The notes under the pieces were generated by a model that was given only the letters and a program-made list of their open reading frames with translations, did no database searches and was not told where the DNA came from. 64,000 nt of DNA from Octopus vulgaris (Eukaryota). The position numbers were made by a program, and so were the translations under genes. Location: NCBI GenBank assembly GCA_951406725.2, contig OX597827.1:26660001-26724000 (forward strand), in the 5' to 3' direction. Shown here piece after piece: positions 27,342-40,755 of this stretch (positions are counted from its first letter, which is position 1; each line of letters begins with the position of its first letter).

Positions 27342-30300
27342 TTACAGATTTATGGTGTCGTCTTTCATACTGACCATTTTTGCTACTTTTACCCACTTTT
27401 TATTAAAACATTCGTTCGACAAAGCCTTCCTCTCTATTCTCATCCTCCTTTTCAAGTGGTACTTGAAAAAGTTGACGAGGGACTGACCAGAGAGGAAGGT
27501 GTTTGTTTGCAGTCCTTTCAAACGCGTCCACCACACACATTCTTTTGCCATAGCCATCAGCGTAACGAAAACCGTTTTCCCTTCCCGTTTAAAGGAAGGT
27601 GGTGGAACAATATTCACGATAGACTCGGCCGATAAGCGGGCCCGTCCTACACGCGACAACAGCTGTTCGACGAAGGTCCACAGCTCTGAAATATCTGGAC
27701 ACTGCACGATGCGTGCAGAACGGTTTCGTCGCTCTGACCGCATCTCGGGCAGGTCGGTCCGGTGATGGTCTTCGAACCGTGCCTGTAGCTTTTCTCTCGA
27801 ACAGGTAGTGCGTCTCTATAGCATTGCCAAGCCAAGGATTTCTGGAAGCTATCCACAGACCCAACGTCGTCCTGAACTGGCGGGCTAGGAATTTCTCGTC
27901 GACGCCCAGGTTTGCCCCGAGTGTGTCGTCGGACCTCCCCGCCACTAGTCCTCTATAGAACGCTTTAGTCGTTTATAAGTTGCACAAGTTTGACCCCGGT
28001 CGGCAAAGCTGCTGTAGAGCTTGGCGACACTCTCGGTGCCAATCACCCAGTTTCGGTCTCTTCTTGATCCACGTTTGCAGTTCGGTCAGTGAGACGAGCC
28101 TCACAAACGGCGCCCACAGCTGTTCACCGTCATCGATGAAGTTCCAGAGATGTCACAGTCTCATCGCATGCCTGCGCATCATCGACCACGGCATGCCCAG
28201 TCCTCCATTCAACGGATGTTGACAGCAAATGGACTTCCTCACCATCGAAACGCCACCCTTCCAAATGAAGCGGAAGAGTATGCGTTCCAGTTTGGTGATG
28301 GTGGCGTCGGGACAAGGCACGACGGTCAGGCGGTAATCGATGACGGATGCGATGTACGCGTTCGCCACCTCCGCCCGACCTTTTAGAGACAGCTTTCTCT
28401 CGGCCCATGTTTGGCTGAGAGCGACCACTCTACTCGTGATCTCGTCCCAGTTCTTATCCATTTGGAGGTCCGGACTGAACCAGACCCCGAGCAATTTAAC
28501 CGGTCCGTCCGTCCAGCGTCCCACTACTGACCCGCAGTCGGACGGCATGGGCTTGCTTCTCCAGGTACCGAGTAGCAAACCCACTGACTTTTCCGGGTTA
28601 ATTTTCGCTCCCGTCACCATTTCGTATTTTCTTAGTGTCTCGCCTATCATCTGGATGTGTTTTTCGCTCGACACTATGACGGTGACATCGTCCGCATATA
28701 CTGACACGCTCGTCCCGCAACCCAGTTCCCGTGGATGCCCCTCAGTGTCGCCAGCTTCTGCAGTAGCGGCTCGAGAGTCAATACATACAGAAGCGCCGAC
28801 AGAGGACACCCCTGACGGACCGAACGCGTGATGTCAAACGGTTTCGACAGGTGACCGTTCACCCGAATCACCGATCGGATGCCGCGATACAAGGCAGCGA
28901 TCAACCGCGGAAGACGGGACCGAAGCCAGCCGCCCTGAGGACGGCCGCCAAGTACCGATGGTCGACCCTATCGAAGGCTTTAGACTGATCCAAATTGATC
29001 AGCGCCCCACCCATGCCAGGATCCTTAACTACTCTGTCCACAATGTAGCGCATCAGATGGAGGTTGTCATGTATCGTTCTGCCCGGCACGGCGCATATTT
29101 GCGCCCTGTCGACCAGTTTACCAATGACAAGCGCCAACCTCTCGGCTATTACTTTGGCCAAAATTTTCAAATCTGCGTTGAGCAGAGTGATGGCCCTGAA
29201 ATTATCTATAAAATTCCCCTTGTTTGGGTCTTTCTTCAGCAACGTCACTGCACCTCGGCTCACGAAACCGGGGATTCTTCTGTTTTGTTGCCAGTTGCAG
29301 TAGACTGATGCCAAGAGGTCGCCAAACAAGTCTGGTATTTGACAATACAGCTCTTAAGGTAAACCATCCAATCCAGGCGACTTATCCCTCGCGCTGCCAG
29401 CCATCGCATCCCGCACGTCAGCAGCTGGGATGGGACTTTCACAACACTCCGCTTCTCTTCCCGAGAGCCGCGGCAGGTCGGTCAGGTAGGCACTGAAATC
29501 CATCCCGCGTTCCGACCCACCACTCGCACCAAACAGTCAAGCAAAGTGCTGTTGAAAGGTCTCACACATCCTTTCGGGTTCGAGTAAACTGCATCCCTGT
29601 TGATCAATTAGAGACCGAATGGTGGCTCTGCTGCCACGTTGCGCCTCTGCTACCCGGGCCTCTCGCGCAGCTTCGATCCCTTCGTTCCTTCGTGTTTGGC
29701 GTTGAGGTGTTGGTCGAGGGCCATCCTCGCAGCCAGCACGTTGGTTGCGCTGCCAGTGGTAAGTGCCTCTTCTAGTTTCTTAACCAGGTCTCCCTCTACC
29801 CTATTTCGATCTATCGCTAATTCCTTGCTAAACCTAATTGATTCCGATTTTATTGCCATTTTCAAGGCGAACCACCAGCGGTTGTTAACGACGGCTCCCG
29901 CCGACGCCCTCTTAATTAACTCGCTAATCCGGTTCCTGTAAACCTGTCGCGCTAAGAGCGACGTGTTCAGTTTCCAGTAGCCAGGACCCTGTCTATGTGT
30001 CTTATCTAAGTCGAGCGTACACGTCACAAATTTGTGATCTGTGTAGCTGACTATTTTAAATTGTGGACATCCTACACTATCCCTATCCGCTGTCCTGCAT
30101 AGAATTCTATCTAGATAAGATCTCGACGATCCGACGTGATTTGTCCAAGTCCACGTTGGCATGTTCGGATGGTCGAGTCGGAACCTTTCAGACAACTGGA
30201 AACGTCTGAGTAGGTCTCTGAGGCACTTACACTCCCTTCTATTCCTATCCATTCCCATATAGTCTAGATGCGTGTCCAAGGTAGCGTTCCAATCCCCTAC

Positions 30301-30771
30301 TAACAGTAAAGGTCTAGACGTACCCAGGAAAACCTCTAGACGTCTGAAGAAATCTGCCCGACCCGTTAAGGACGGCGCATAAACTGCCATCAGACGGAAT
30401 GCACACCCATTTCTGCCATCCACGTCCAAGACAACCAGCCTACCCTCCGGGTCTAGGAATATTGTTCTTACTTTTACATTTAGACTCTTTCGAAAAAGTA
30501 CCGCGTTACCTCCACCACCCATGTTCGGCAGACAGGGAGAAAAATAAATGTCGAATTGCTCGCCAAACATGGACGCGAGGGCCCGCGGCTTGCTGAGTCT
30601 GGTTTCACTGATAGCTACTATATCCACGTTCAGTGACTTGATGTCGTTTAGAAGGTAACCTTGCTTCCAAGCCGACGCCAAGCCACGCACATTCACACAA
30701 CCTAATTTAAAGCATAATTGATGTTTAAGAAATTGTGTTTCACACACTACATTGAAAGAGACAAGAGGCAT
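27342..30771 (-). pseudogene. Tx1-type ORF2 (APE endonuclease, RT, zf-RVT), multiple frameshifts
   Basis: Motifs NVRGL, ISET, VYAP, GDWN, SYLDRI, TDHK; FRAITLLNADLKIL, DQSKAFDRVDH, VRQGCPLS, YADD; CPRCGQSDETVLH. Confidence 0.93.
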
Positions 30772-30789
30772 GAGGGAAGGTCACTTACT

Positions 30790-32450
30790 CATTTCGAAAG
30801 TTTCTGTTTTTTCTTCTTCTTTTGTAATGTCTTTGAGGAGGTGTTTGAATAGTTTCTTTGATAAGTATTTTTGAAACCCCTCTACCGCATTTGGAAATAT
30901 TGTGTTTGTGTTATGTGTACAATTCTTATGTGTTTCGGTGGTGTAGTGCTTGGATGATTATTTATCTTAAAGTCATCTTCACAGATGTTCGTGTTGGATG
31001 CAATGTATTCCATTAGTTTTTTATTGTCCGTGTCTATTGCTGTTAGTTGTGTGTGTGGTTTTGCGTGGTCATTGATGTTTTGATTGTCTAAGGGGATGCT
31101 GTCCGGAGTTAAATATCTCCCTGCTTTACTTACTTGTTTGGTCGGCTTTTTTTTTATCTTTTCCTTTTACCCCCCCCCCCCGTGGTTATTTGCCATTCCG
31201 TCGAACTTTTGTCGTTGGACGAAGAGTCCGACGAATCAGAAGGGGGTAAAGGCACAGTATTTGCGTTAATATGTATGTTTGTATGTTGTATGTTGGTGTT
31301 TTTGCGGTGTTTGTGTTGTGTGGTGTTAGGGGTAGAATTTGTCTTCTTGTCACTGTTTTCTGTTTTTTTGTTGTCGTCCTTGGTGCTGGTGTTGGTCTGC
31401 CTTTTGGTGTTGGTTTTGGTTTAGTATTTTTAATTGGTTGCGACGTCAACGGTGATTGTGTTGGTGCTGTTTCTTTTCTTGGTTATGTTGGGGTTTGTTT
31501 GCTGGTTTGTTGTTTTTCTTGGCATTGTTCCATAATTGAGTGTGGTGGTGTTGGTAACAAAGGTTTTTTATTTGTTTTCTGATTTGTTCTTTCTTGTTTT
31601 TTCTGTCCCAGAACGCACTTCGCAAATAAGTGTTCTGGACTGCCACAGTTGTAGCATCTTGGCTTTTTCCCTTCTGCTACAACATATGGGCTTTGCCCAT
31701 TTTCCAAATGAATGCTATTTGGTAGGTTCTCGATAGAGGACCCATCAATCTGAATGGTTACCTCTATTGTTTTACCACCCCAATTGTCATTTTTGAATAC
31801 GGTGATTTCTAAAATATCTATCGTTTTTAAATGATAACATATCGCCGATGTTATCCATTTATTAGGTATCTCCGGCGGTACATTTTTTATTTTAATTTTA
31901 CTGACTCTTTGGTTTCTGTAATAAGGAATCATTATTAGTTCATCGTTTTGTAAAGTTTCTGTCGAGTGGGCTTTTGCCACTTCCTGGTTAGGGAAGCGGA
32001 CCACCACTGTATTAAACTGGTGACCCCAGTTTATGTATTCTTTTACTTACATTATTTTTATAGCACATTTCTCTATTTCTGTTTTGATTATTTGTTCGTT
32101 TTGTTCTTTGTTTTTTTCTAATAATTCTATATATAATTGGGTTTTTTTCTATTTCTTCCTGAATGTGTTGAGGTGTAAGTAATACCAAATCTTGTCCTGG
32201 GGTTGTGAAGAGTGATCTTGTCTCTATCAACTCTTCATTTGTGAACTTTATAATTTCTTTTTTCTGACGCAAGGTGTCAGCGAAATTCACAGTTCTATTC
32301 TGGCAGTTGCTGTCGTTGTGTATTTTTGTTGTTGTTGTGTCCGAAACATTCTTGGTCGTGGCTTTTTCTGGTACTGCAGTTTCTGTTATGTTAATATTAT
32401 CTTCACTATTGGATGATATAATATTTATTTCATTTTTGTTGTTGTTTTTC
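30790..32450 (-). pseudogene. Tx1-type ORF1 (gag-like, CCHC zinc knuckle), frameshifted
   Basis: IKIKNVPPEI...CYNCGSPEHLFAKC (CX2CX4HX4C) in ORF 31483-32007; boundaries approximate. Confidence 0.8.
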
Positions 32451-32507
32451 TTCTTGTTGTTGTTGTTGTTGTTGTTGATAGATAAATAGATAGACAGACA
32501 GACAGAC

Positions 32508-32602
<95 letters not shown>

Positions 32603-33606
32603 TGTTTCTTTATTAGCCACACAGATTTGAACACAGAGGGGAAAAATTACAAGCTTGAGATTTTCTTTTGGGGGAGAAAAAAAAGATAAGAAAAATAAAA
32701 TAAAAAATAAAAAGGACGTAGGTTTTCGATTAAAAGGGATCGTAAAAAGAGAGAGAAAAAAACGATCAATAGGGATCATGTATCACAGAAATGTCATGAT
32801 GTAAAATGTAAAGGAGGAAGCTGATAAGGTTTATCCGTGGAAAGAAAAGCCTACGGAAAAGACCATGGTAACCTCGGTCAATAATATCACACGTTAACAC
32901 ATTTATTTGCAAGTAAGTAACTCTCTGTTTTAAATTGTTCCGGGTTCATAGGATTATGCTCAAGGTGGCTTCGTCATTCATACGTGCCATCCTTGCTACA
33001 TTCACCTATCTGTTTTTTTTTTTTAAACATTCGCTAAACAAAACTTGCCTCTCTACTTTCACTTTCCTCTTCAAGTGATACTTGAAGAAGTTGATGAGAG
33101 ATTGACCAGAGAAGAAGGTGTTTGTCTCTAAACCTTTTAGACGCGTCCACCAGTTACATTCTTTCGCCATAGCCACAAGGATGATGAAAATAGCTTCTTC
33201 CTTCCCGTTTGAAGGAAAGGAGGCGTGACAATATTGACGATAGACTCGACTGATAAACCGACTCGTCCCACACGTGACAGCAGTCGGTCGACATAAGCCC
33301 ACAGGTCGGAGATTGTTGGACACTGCACGAGCGCGTGCAGAACGGTTTCATCGCTCTGACCGCATCTCGGGCAAGCCGGCCCCATGTTTCTCGAGCCGTG
33401 TCTGTAGAGCTTATCCCGAACGGGTAGCGCTTCTCAGTAGCACTGCCAGGCCAGGGATCTCTGGAAGTTGTCCATAGGTCACGGCCTGAAAGTCGTCTCA
33501 AAAAGGCGGGTCATGTATTCCTCGTCGACGCCCAAGATTGTCGTCGCCCCTCCCCTCCACTAATCCTCTATAGAACACCTTTGTTGTAATGAAGTCGCAC
33601 AAGTTT
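32603..33606 (-). mobile_element. Tx1-type LINE 3' fragment
   Basis: CPRCGQSDETVLHAL, KECNWWTRLKG; 3' UTR ends AATAAAGAAACA directly before (TATC)n. Confidence 0.9.
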
Positions 33607-33638
33607 AGACAGACAGATCGATCGATAGATAGATAGAC

Positions 33639-33692
<54 letters not shown>

Positions 33693-33722
33693 ATTGATAG
33701 ATAGATAAATAGATAGATAGAC

Positions 33723-33787
<65 letters not shown>

Positions 33788-33788
<1 letters not shown>

Positions 33789-35052
33789 GTTTCTTTATTG
33801 GCCACACAGGGCTGCACACAGAGGGGACAAGTTACAAGGTAGAGCTTTTCTTTTGGGGGAGAAAAAAAAAAGGTGGCGTAGGTTTTCGATCAAAAGGGAT
33901 CGTGAAAGGGAAAACAGAACAAAAAAGAAGAAAAGAGAAAAAGGAAAAGAAAAAAAAGAAAAAAGGGAAAAGGAACAAAAGAAAAGAAAAATGAAAAAAG
34001 AAGAAAAAAGAGGAAAAAAGGGGAAGAGGAAAAAAACGATCAATAGGGATCGTGTATCACAGTGTCATGATGTATGGTGTAAAGGGGAAAGCAAGTAAGG
34101 TTTATCCGTGGGAAGAAAAGCCTACGAAAAAGACCACGGTAACATTGGTCAATATTGTTATATGTTACCACATTTGTTTGCAAGTGGGTAACCCTCTGTT
34201 TTCAATTTCTGTGTTCATAGGATTATGCTCAAGGTGGCTTCGTCATTCATACGTGCCATCCTTGCTACATTCACCCATCTTTTTTTAAAACGTTCGCTAG
34301 ACAAAACTTGCCTCTCTACTCTCACTTTCCTTTTCAAGTAGTACTTGAAGAAGTTGATGAGAGATTGACAAGAGAGGAAAGTGTTTGTCTCCAATCCTTT
34401 CAGACGCGTCCACCAGATGCATTCTTTCGTCATAGCCACAAGGATGATGAAAATAGCTCTTCCTTCCCGTTTGAAGGAAGGAGGCGTGACAATATTGACG
34501 ATAGACTCAGCTGATAAACCGACTCGTCCCACACGTGACAGCAGTTGTTCGACATAAGCCCACAAGTCGGAAATTGTTGGACACTGCACGAGTGCGTGCA
34601 GAACGGTTTCGTCGCTCTGGCCACATCTCGGGGAGGTCGGCCCCGTGTTTCTCGAGCCGTGTCTGTAGAGCTTATCCCGAACGGGTAGTGCTTCTCGGTA
34701 GCACTGCCAGGCCAAGGATCTCTAGAAGTTGTCAATGGGCCCTGGTCCGAAAGTCGTCCCGAACAGGCGGGTCAGGTATTCCTCGTCGACGTCCAGGTTC
34801 GCCCCGAGCTCGTCGTCGTACCTCCCCTCCACTAATCCCCTATAGACTGCTTTGGTTGTGATGGAGTCACTCAAGGTTGACCCAGAACGGCAGAGTTGCT
34901 TGAGAGCAACGCGACACTCGCGGTGCCATTCGCCCTTCCTCGGCCTCTTTTTGATCCACGATTGCAGTTCGGTCATGGGGACGAGCTGCGGGAAAGCGTG
35001 CCTCACAAACGGCGACCACACCTGTTCACCGTCGTCTACGAAGAGCCTGAGA
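33788..35052 (-). mobile_element. Tx1-type LINE 3' fragment
   Basis: ORFs 34722-35021 and 34215-34715 match the ORF2 C-terminus; ends AATAAAGAAACT before (TATC)n. Confidence 0.9.
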
Positions 35053-35063
35053 GATAGATAGAT

Positions 35064-35153
<90 letters not shown>

Positions 35154-35156
35154 TAC

Positions 35157-35241
<85 letters not shown>
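35053..35241. repeat. (GATA)n microsatellite; related tracts at 32478-32602 and 33607-33787
   Basis: Directly visible. Confidence 0.95.
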
Positions 35242-36245
35242 TCTCAGTGCTGAAAATCGCAATTATCAGTTCCGACGTATTGTCTTTCTTAGAGTTTTAT
35301 ATTACATTTCACATAAAATGTATTCGCCTGAAACGAGCCGAACTATTCAGAGATTCATTTATACAGACGGCAATATAATTTATTTACTATTAATTAACGC
35401 ATGTTGTTGCGCGTTGCTATTTTTAATTAGTGCAAAAGGTTATCGAGGAGTACCTCTGGTGGTGACGCATTCAGCAGAATAAACGCTGCGATTGACTTTC
35501 CTGAATGTAACACGTTTGAGCTCACGTCAGCTGTTGCTGCTGCTGCTGCTACAACTGCTGCTGCTGCTATTGCTGCTGATGTTATAGTAATAATATTAGT
35601 GGTGGTTGCGGTAGTAGTAGTATTAGTAGTAGTAGTAGTAGTAAATGTTACTGTTGTGGTTTTCCTTATTCGCCGCCTTCTCTTCTCAAATACTTCTTTC
35701 ACTCCTCCTCCTCCCTTCAATCTTTTAGCCTCAGATCAGGCTTCATACCAGCACACTGAGCGTTCTAACCGTGGCCACCTAGTCATTATTATTTCTCAAC
35801 TGATTGACTGCAGTGAACACGCACCTTTCATTTCTTTCTCTTTGTCAACTTTGCTTGACCGCAACTGACTCTCTAGCGTGCTAACACACACAAACCTATT
35901 CCCCCCCACACACACCACTTCTCCTTGCTCCTCTCCACTTCTCTCCTTATTCTCTCTCCATCATTATTTCCTTGTACCTCATCAGCTACACATCAGACAA
36001 ACCTACTCCTTATGGTTATACTCGCACCGTCGAATTCGCCATTTCTTTCTTTACAGTTATCTCCCCTCCTTAAATGGATTTAACCAGTTTCTTGCTCACT
36101 TATGGAAGTCTACAAAACTCTCCGTACTTTTCGCTAGTGTTGTGTAATTATTTACCACTTTCTTTGAATATTTGTTTCTTTTTGAATATTTAATCTTTGA
36201 GTTCAAACCTTCCATCATTGTTCACTCTCACGTACGTTTGTTATA

Positions 36246-37082
36246 TGAGGTCTTATCAATACGTATCTGGACTGGTGCTATAAAAACAAAAACGCAGCAA
36301 GTACCGATTTGACATCTAATCTCCTTCAAAGTAGCCCCCTTCTGAAGCCACACACTCAATCCAGCACTGATTCTATTGATGGAAGCATTCCTAGAACTCG
36401 TTTTCTGGGATAATCAGCAGCTGTCTCGTCGCATTCATTTTGATTTTCTTGATGTCCTGAAATCTTCTTTTCAAACGAGATCTGATTTTTGGAAAAAGGA
36501 AGAAGTCGCAAGGGGCGTGATCTGGGGTATGCAATGTCTGTCGGACCTGGGGAATGCAACGCATCGCCAAAAACTGCTGCACAAGCTGCACTGAACGGTC
36601 AGATACGTTGTCAGCTGAAAGCAGTTTTAGCACAAACTTGGCAGACATGCATCTAATACCCAAATCTTCAGCAAACCGTAACTAATCTGTACAGACTCTG
36701 GTAACGCATGCAAGGTGATTTAACCATTTCCTCTCACAGCTACATGCACAACTGCGACGTTTTGTTCAGTTCTGCTGGCTGCGTGTCTCCCAGAACTTTC
36801 ATCACTATCGGCATTTTTTCGGCCATCTTGGAAACGTCTGAACCACTCTTTCACTTTGTGTGTAGCTCATACACTCCTCTCCATACTCTCTTCTGAGCAG
36901 GTATCGCCATGACAACTTTCTCTGCCATGGTCAATGCGACGATCACACGCTACATACCTTCCTTCCAAGCGCTGCTCTAACAACAGAAGCTAGTGAGAAC
37001 TTCAAAACTTCGTGCACTTGTACAGCAAAGGACAAGGTCAATCTGTGCCAAGCAGCTTCATTCTGCGTGCTTTAGTTTTATA
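36246..37082 (-). mobile_element. Internally deleted mariner transposon
   Basis: SAKFVLKLL (WVPHEL-like) fused to HTPDHAPCDFFLFPKI (YSPDLAP-like). TIR-like tgaggtcttatcaatacgtatctggactgg follows TA; partial opposite end at ~37062-37082. Confidence 0.8.
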
Positions 37083-37335
37083 TACATACATACACACACA
37101 CATACATACATACATACATACATACATACATACATACATACATGCATGCATGCATACATACATACATACATACATACATACATACATACATACATACATA
37201 CATACATACAAACATACATGTATGTACTATGTATTGTGCATTATGTATGTATGTATGTATCTAACTGTCTCTATCCATCTATCTATCTGTGTGTGTGTGT
37301 GTGTGTGTGTCTGTCTGTCTGTCTCTCTCTCTCTC

Positions 37336-37383
<48 letters not shown>

Positions 37384-37432
37384 AAGATATATATAGAGAG
37401 ATATATCGTATTTCTTTTCCTCAGTCTCTTGC

Positions 37433-37484
<52 letters not shown>

Positions 37485-38221
37485 ATTTGTTTTCCTCAGT
37501 TTGTTACTTTATATATATATCGGCCATGGAGTGCAGAATTTAGCTTGACCAGACACTAACAAAGCTAAGCGAATCGATATACATAGGCGCATACAGACTC
37601 ACATACTCACACACACGCTTGGACATACGACACCTTGCATACATATACATACAAACATACAGACATATAAGTATGTGTGTGTTTATTGCATGATAAGAAA
37701 GGAGGTAGCGAGCAGACGGAGTGTGTATGGATGGTTAGAGCAGTATAAACGACAGAGAAGATCAAAGGGTCCAGTTAAGTGCAGTTTCTAAGTCTGGTTA
37801 TCCATATTATTTAAAGAAATCCATGGTATTAAATATTGAAAACGAAAGAGCTCTTCCTGCTCATTCACTCCACACGCATACTCGTACACATACACACACA
37901 CATATAGACACATACACACACATACACACACATATATAGACACGCATGTACAGACAAGCATGCGACCTACATTGAACCGAGTCATAAAATTATATAATAA
38001 ATAGACTAACAGTGAATATAGATGTGTATGTATGTGTGTGTATGTGCATGTGAATGTATGCGTCTGTATGTATATATATATGTGATACGTGTGATTGTGT
38101 GAGTTATTAATTAGTGTTAAAATTAATGTTGATTAGCCCTTGGAACGCGGTAAGTGGTTTTACTCCGAGCCTTTGTGAGAACCTGTTTTCGCACATATTT
38201 CATCAAATATGTCTTTACTGA

Positions 38222-38625
38222 AAGGCGGCGAGCTGGCAGAAGCGTTAGCACACCGGGCGAAATGCTTAGCGGTATTTCATCTGCCGTTACATTCTGAGTT
38301 CAAATTCCACCGAGGTCGACTTTGCCTTTCATCCTTTCGGGGTCGATAAATTATGTACCAGTTATGCACTGGGGTCGATATAATCGATTTAATCCGTGTT
38401 TGTCTGTCCTTGTTTGTACCCTCTGTGTGTAGCCCCTTGTGGGTTGTAAAGAAATAGGTATTTCATCTGCCGTTACGTTCTGAGTTCAAATTCCGCCGAG
38501 GTCGACTTTGCTTTTCATCCTTTCAGGGTCGATAAATTAAATGCCAGCTGCGTACTGGGGTCGATCTAATCGAGTGGCCCCCTCCCGAAACATTTCGGGC
38601 CTTGTGCTTAGAGTAGAAAAGAATA
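38222..38625 (+). mobile_element. SINE family A, duplicated form
   Basis: Highly similar to 4103-4503. Confidence 0.88.
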
Positions 38626-38814
38626 TTTCTTTACCGCGCAAGAATCAAATATTTTTAGTGGCAGATATGAAAACCGTATTTCCTGGAGATATTGAAAATA
38701 TTTATCAGAAGCAGAAAATGACAATTCCATTGTGTGTGTGGGGGGGGGGTTGAAATAATTTACATCATTACAAGAATGATCATGAAATTTAAGAACGCAG
38801 TCAGGGCAAAGGGT

Positions 38815-39137
38815 AAAGACGCCCTTTGGTCATGAATGACCATGGGACTCAACCTAGAAAGTTCCCCTCTAAGGCACAAGTCCAGGCAAGGTTGTTTATG
38901 TAAAGCCACCATTCGCCCATGCATACCAGGCTCCCCTTTTCACGCCATCGATTTTATCCAAAGGGGCCGATAGAGCTTGGCACTAGTGACGTTGCAGCCC
39001 ACTTCTACAGATGAGTGAACTGCACAACATGAAATAAAGTGTCTTACTCAAGAACACAACACACAGCCAATCCGAGAGTCGAACTCAGTACCTCATGATT
39101 GTGAGCCCGACGTCTCTAACCACTGAGCCATGCGGCT
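38815..39137 (-). mobile_element. tRNA-derived SINE family C
   Basis: Minus strand A box tggctcagtgg and B box gagttcgactc, followed by ttcttgagtaagacactttatttc and a non-tRNA body. Confidence 0.65.
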
Positions 39138-39839
39138 TATTCAGTCAAAAGGGTTAGAATATGTGTACCTGTATCATGATATCAAAAGGGCATATAGGGT
39201 ATATCTTGACAAGAACAACAATAAATCGTTTTTAATGCTGGAACTCGAAGTAGATAAGGTTTTAAATAACAGCAGGTAGAATATTGAGTTTAAAAATATC
39301 CTTGGGTGGAAGTCGAAAGCTGGTCATGAACTTGAATCTGATGTGAACATGACAGACGTTTTACCACTGTACCAAAATTTCTTTCTTCGATTTTAGAAGT
39401 TTTGCTCTTACCAACGAGAATTGCATCTTGTTGATGTTATAAAGATTTTAAAACTTCGGGAGATATAACGCAAACAACAACAGCAGTTTCTCATTTACAT
39501 ACAAAGCTAACAGTATGAAAGGGGCTCGGGGGTAGTGGATTACATTAATCTAAAAACTTGATTGCTATTTTATTGTATGGACCCCGGAATGATGGAAGAC
39601 AAAGGTTGCATTGGCGGGATATGAACTCGGAACATGTATTCCGCAACACATTTCTTTCCTACGCTTTATACTTCTTAAGAAATCCAGCTGCCCTGCATTT
39701 CTTGTAGGGTACGCCACTCCGTGTTCAAAAGGGTATTTCTGTCTCCATATTGTATTGCAAGCTTTGCTATTGGTTTTGTAGTGAATTTAGCTGTTGTTGT
39801 TGTTTCTGTTGTTGCTGTTGCGGCTGCTGCCTCTACAGC

Positions 39840-40755
39840 TGTACTTGTTTATATCCTTGACAAAGGTTGGATATATAATTTAACGATGCAGAGACAAAAC
39901 AATGTGTTCACACAACGTACTTCACAAGACTCCAAAACGCCCTCTCAACGACTCCTACCGATCTCTGTCTCAACCAATACACTACTCTTTATAAGCGTTC
40001 GCCTAGCCCATTCTTCCAGTCCTCCAGGAGTAGCAATGACTCTCGTTACAACATCTCCTCCTTTGAAGATTGACTTTTATTGGAAGTTAATATTAGTTTT
40101 ATCTATTTTTCTTTCATCACATCTCCCTTTTTGATATTTTCCTCCTAGAGAAGTTTAATATTTCTTCCGTTTAGACACTGCTTCCAATCGTTCTGCTTGT
40201 TTCCTCTTTCTTGTTCTGCTACGCCTAGGTTCGATTTCTTCTGGTGTTAGAACATTAAAGGTGTCATAGAACACTTTCATGGGTATCTCTTCTTTTTTCT
40301 ATAAATCTATTTTTCAGCTGATTTAAATGTCTTTTGTATCCCCATTTTCGCTTCTTGTCATATATATAATTCTGCCTATTCTTTTTGTTACTACTTCGTC
40401 TTCCCAACCTTGTCTTCCATTTTTATATATTTTCAAAAAAAACCTTGTCACCAATATTAAAATACTTGTCATATTTTTAGTGTTTTCCTTATTTCTTCTT
40501 CGTACTGGTAGCAGCTTGTCAAAAATTGACTTCAGTTTTCGAGCAAACATTAGTTCCGCCGGCGACTTGCCTCAAAAAGAGTACGGGTTCGGTGCGAGTT
40601 CGGTTCGCACCAACACACCGGGTTCGATGCGAATTCAACGCGGAACTAGCACACCGACTCAACGACCCCTACCGACTTCTGTATCAACCAACACGCTACT
40701 CTTTATAAGCGTTCCGCCAGTCTCCTAGGGGGTGTCAATCACTCTCGCCACAACA
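39840..40755 (-). mobile_element. Internally deleted Gypsy LTR retrotransposon
   Basis: Two TGTTGT-starting direct repeats (from 40755 and 40053), PPT AAAGGAGGAGA 40064-40054, integrase C-terminus GKSPAELMFARKLKSIFDKLLP...W...RIGRIIY...HLNQLK. Confidence 0.8.

Larger units (their letters stand above)
27230..32477 (-). mobile_element. Tx1/L1-clade non-LTR retrotransposon, near full length, frameshifted
   Basis: ORF1 with zinc knuckle, then APE, RT and C-terminal Cys/His motif in order. The 3' boundary is approximate. Confidence 0.92.

Noticed and set aside
39060-39137. tRNA gene candidate
   Set aside because: A and B boxes run into a SINE body; no complete cloverleaf.
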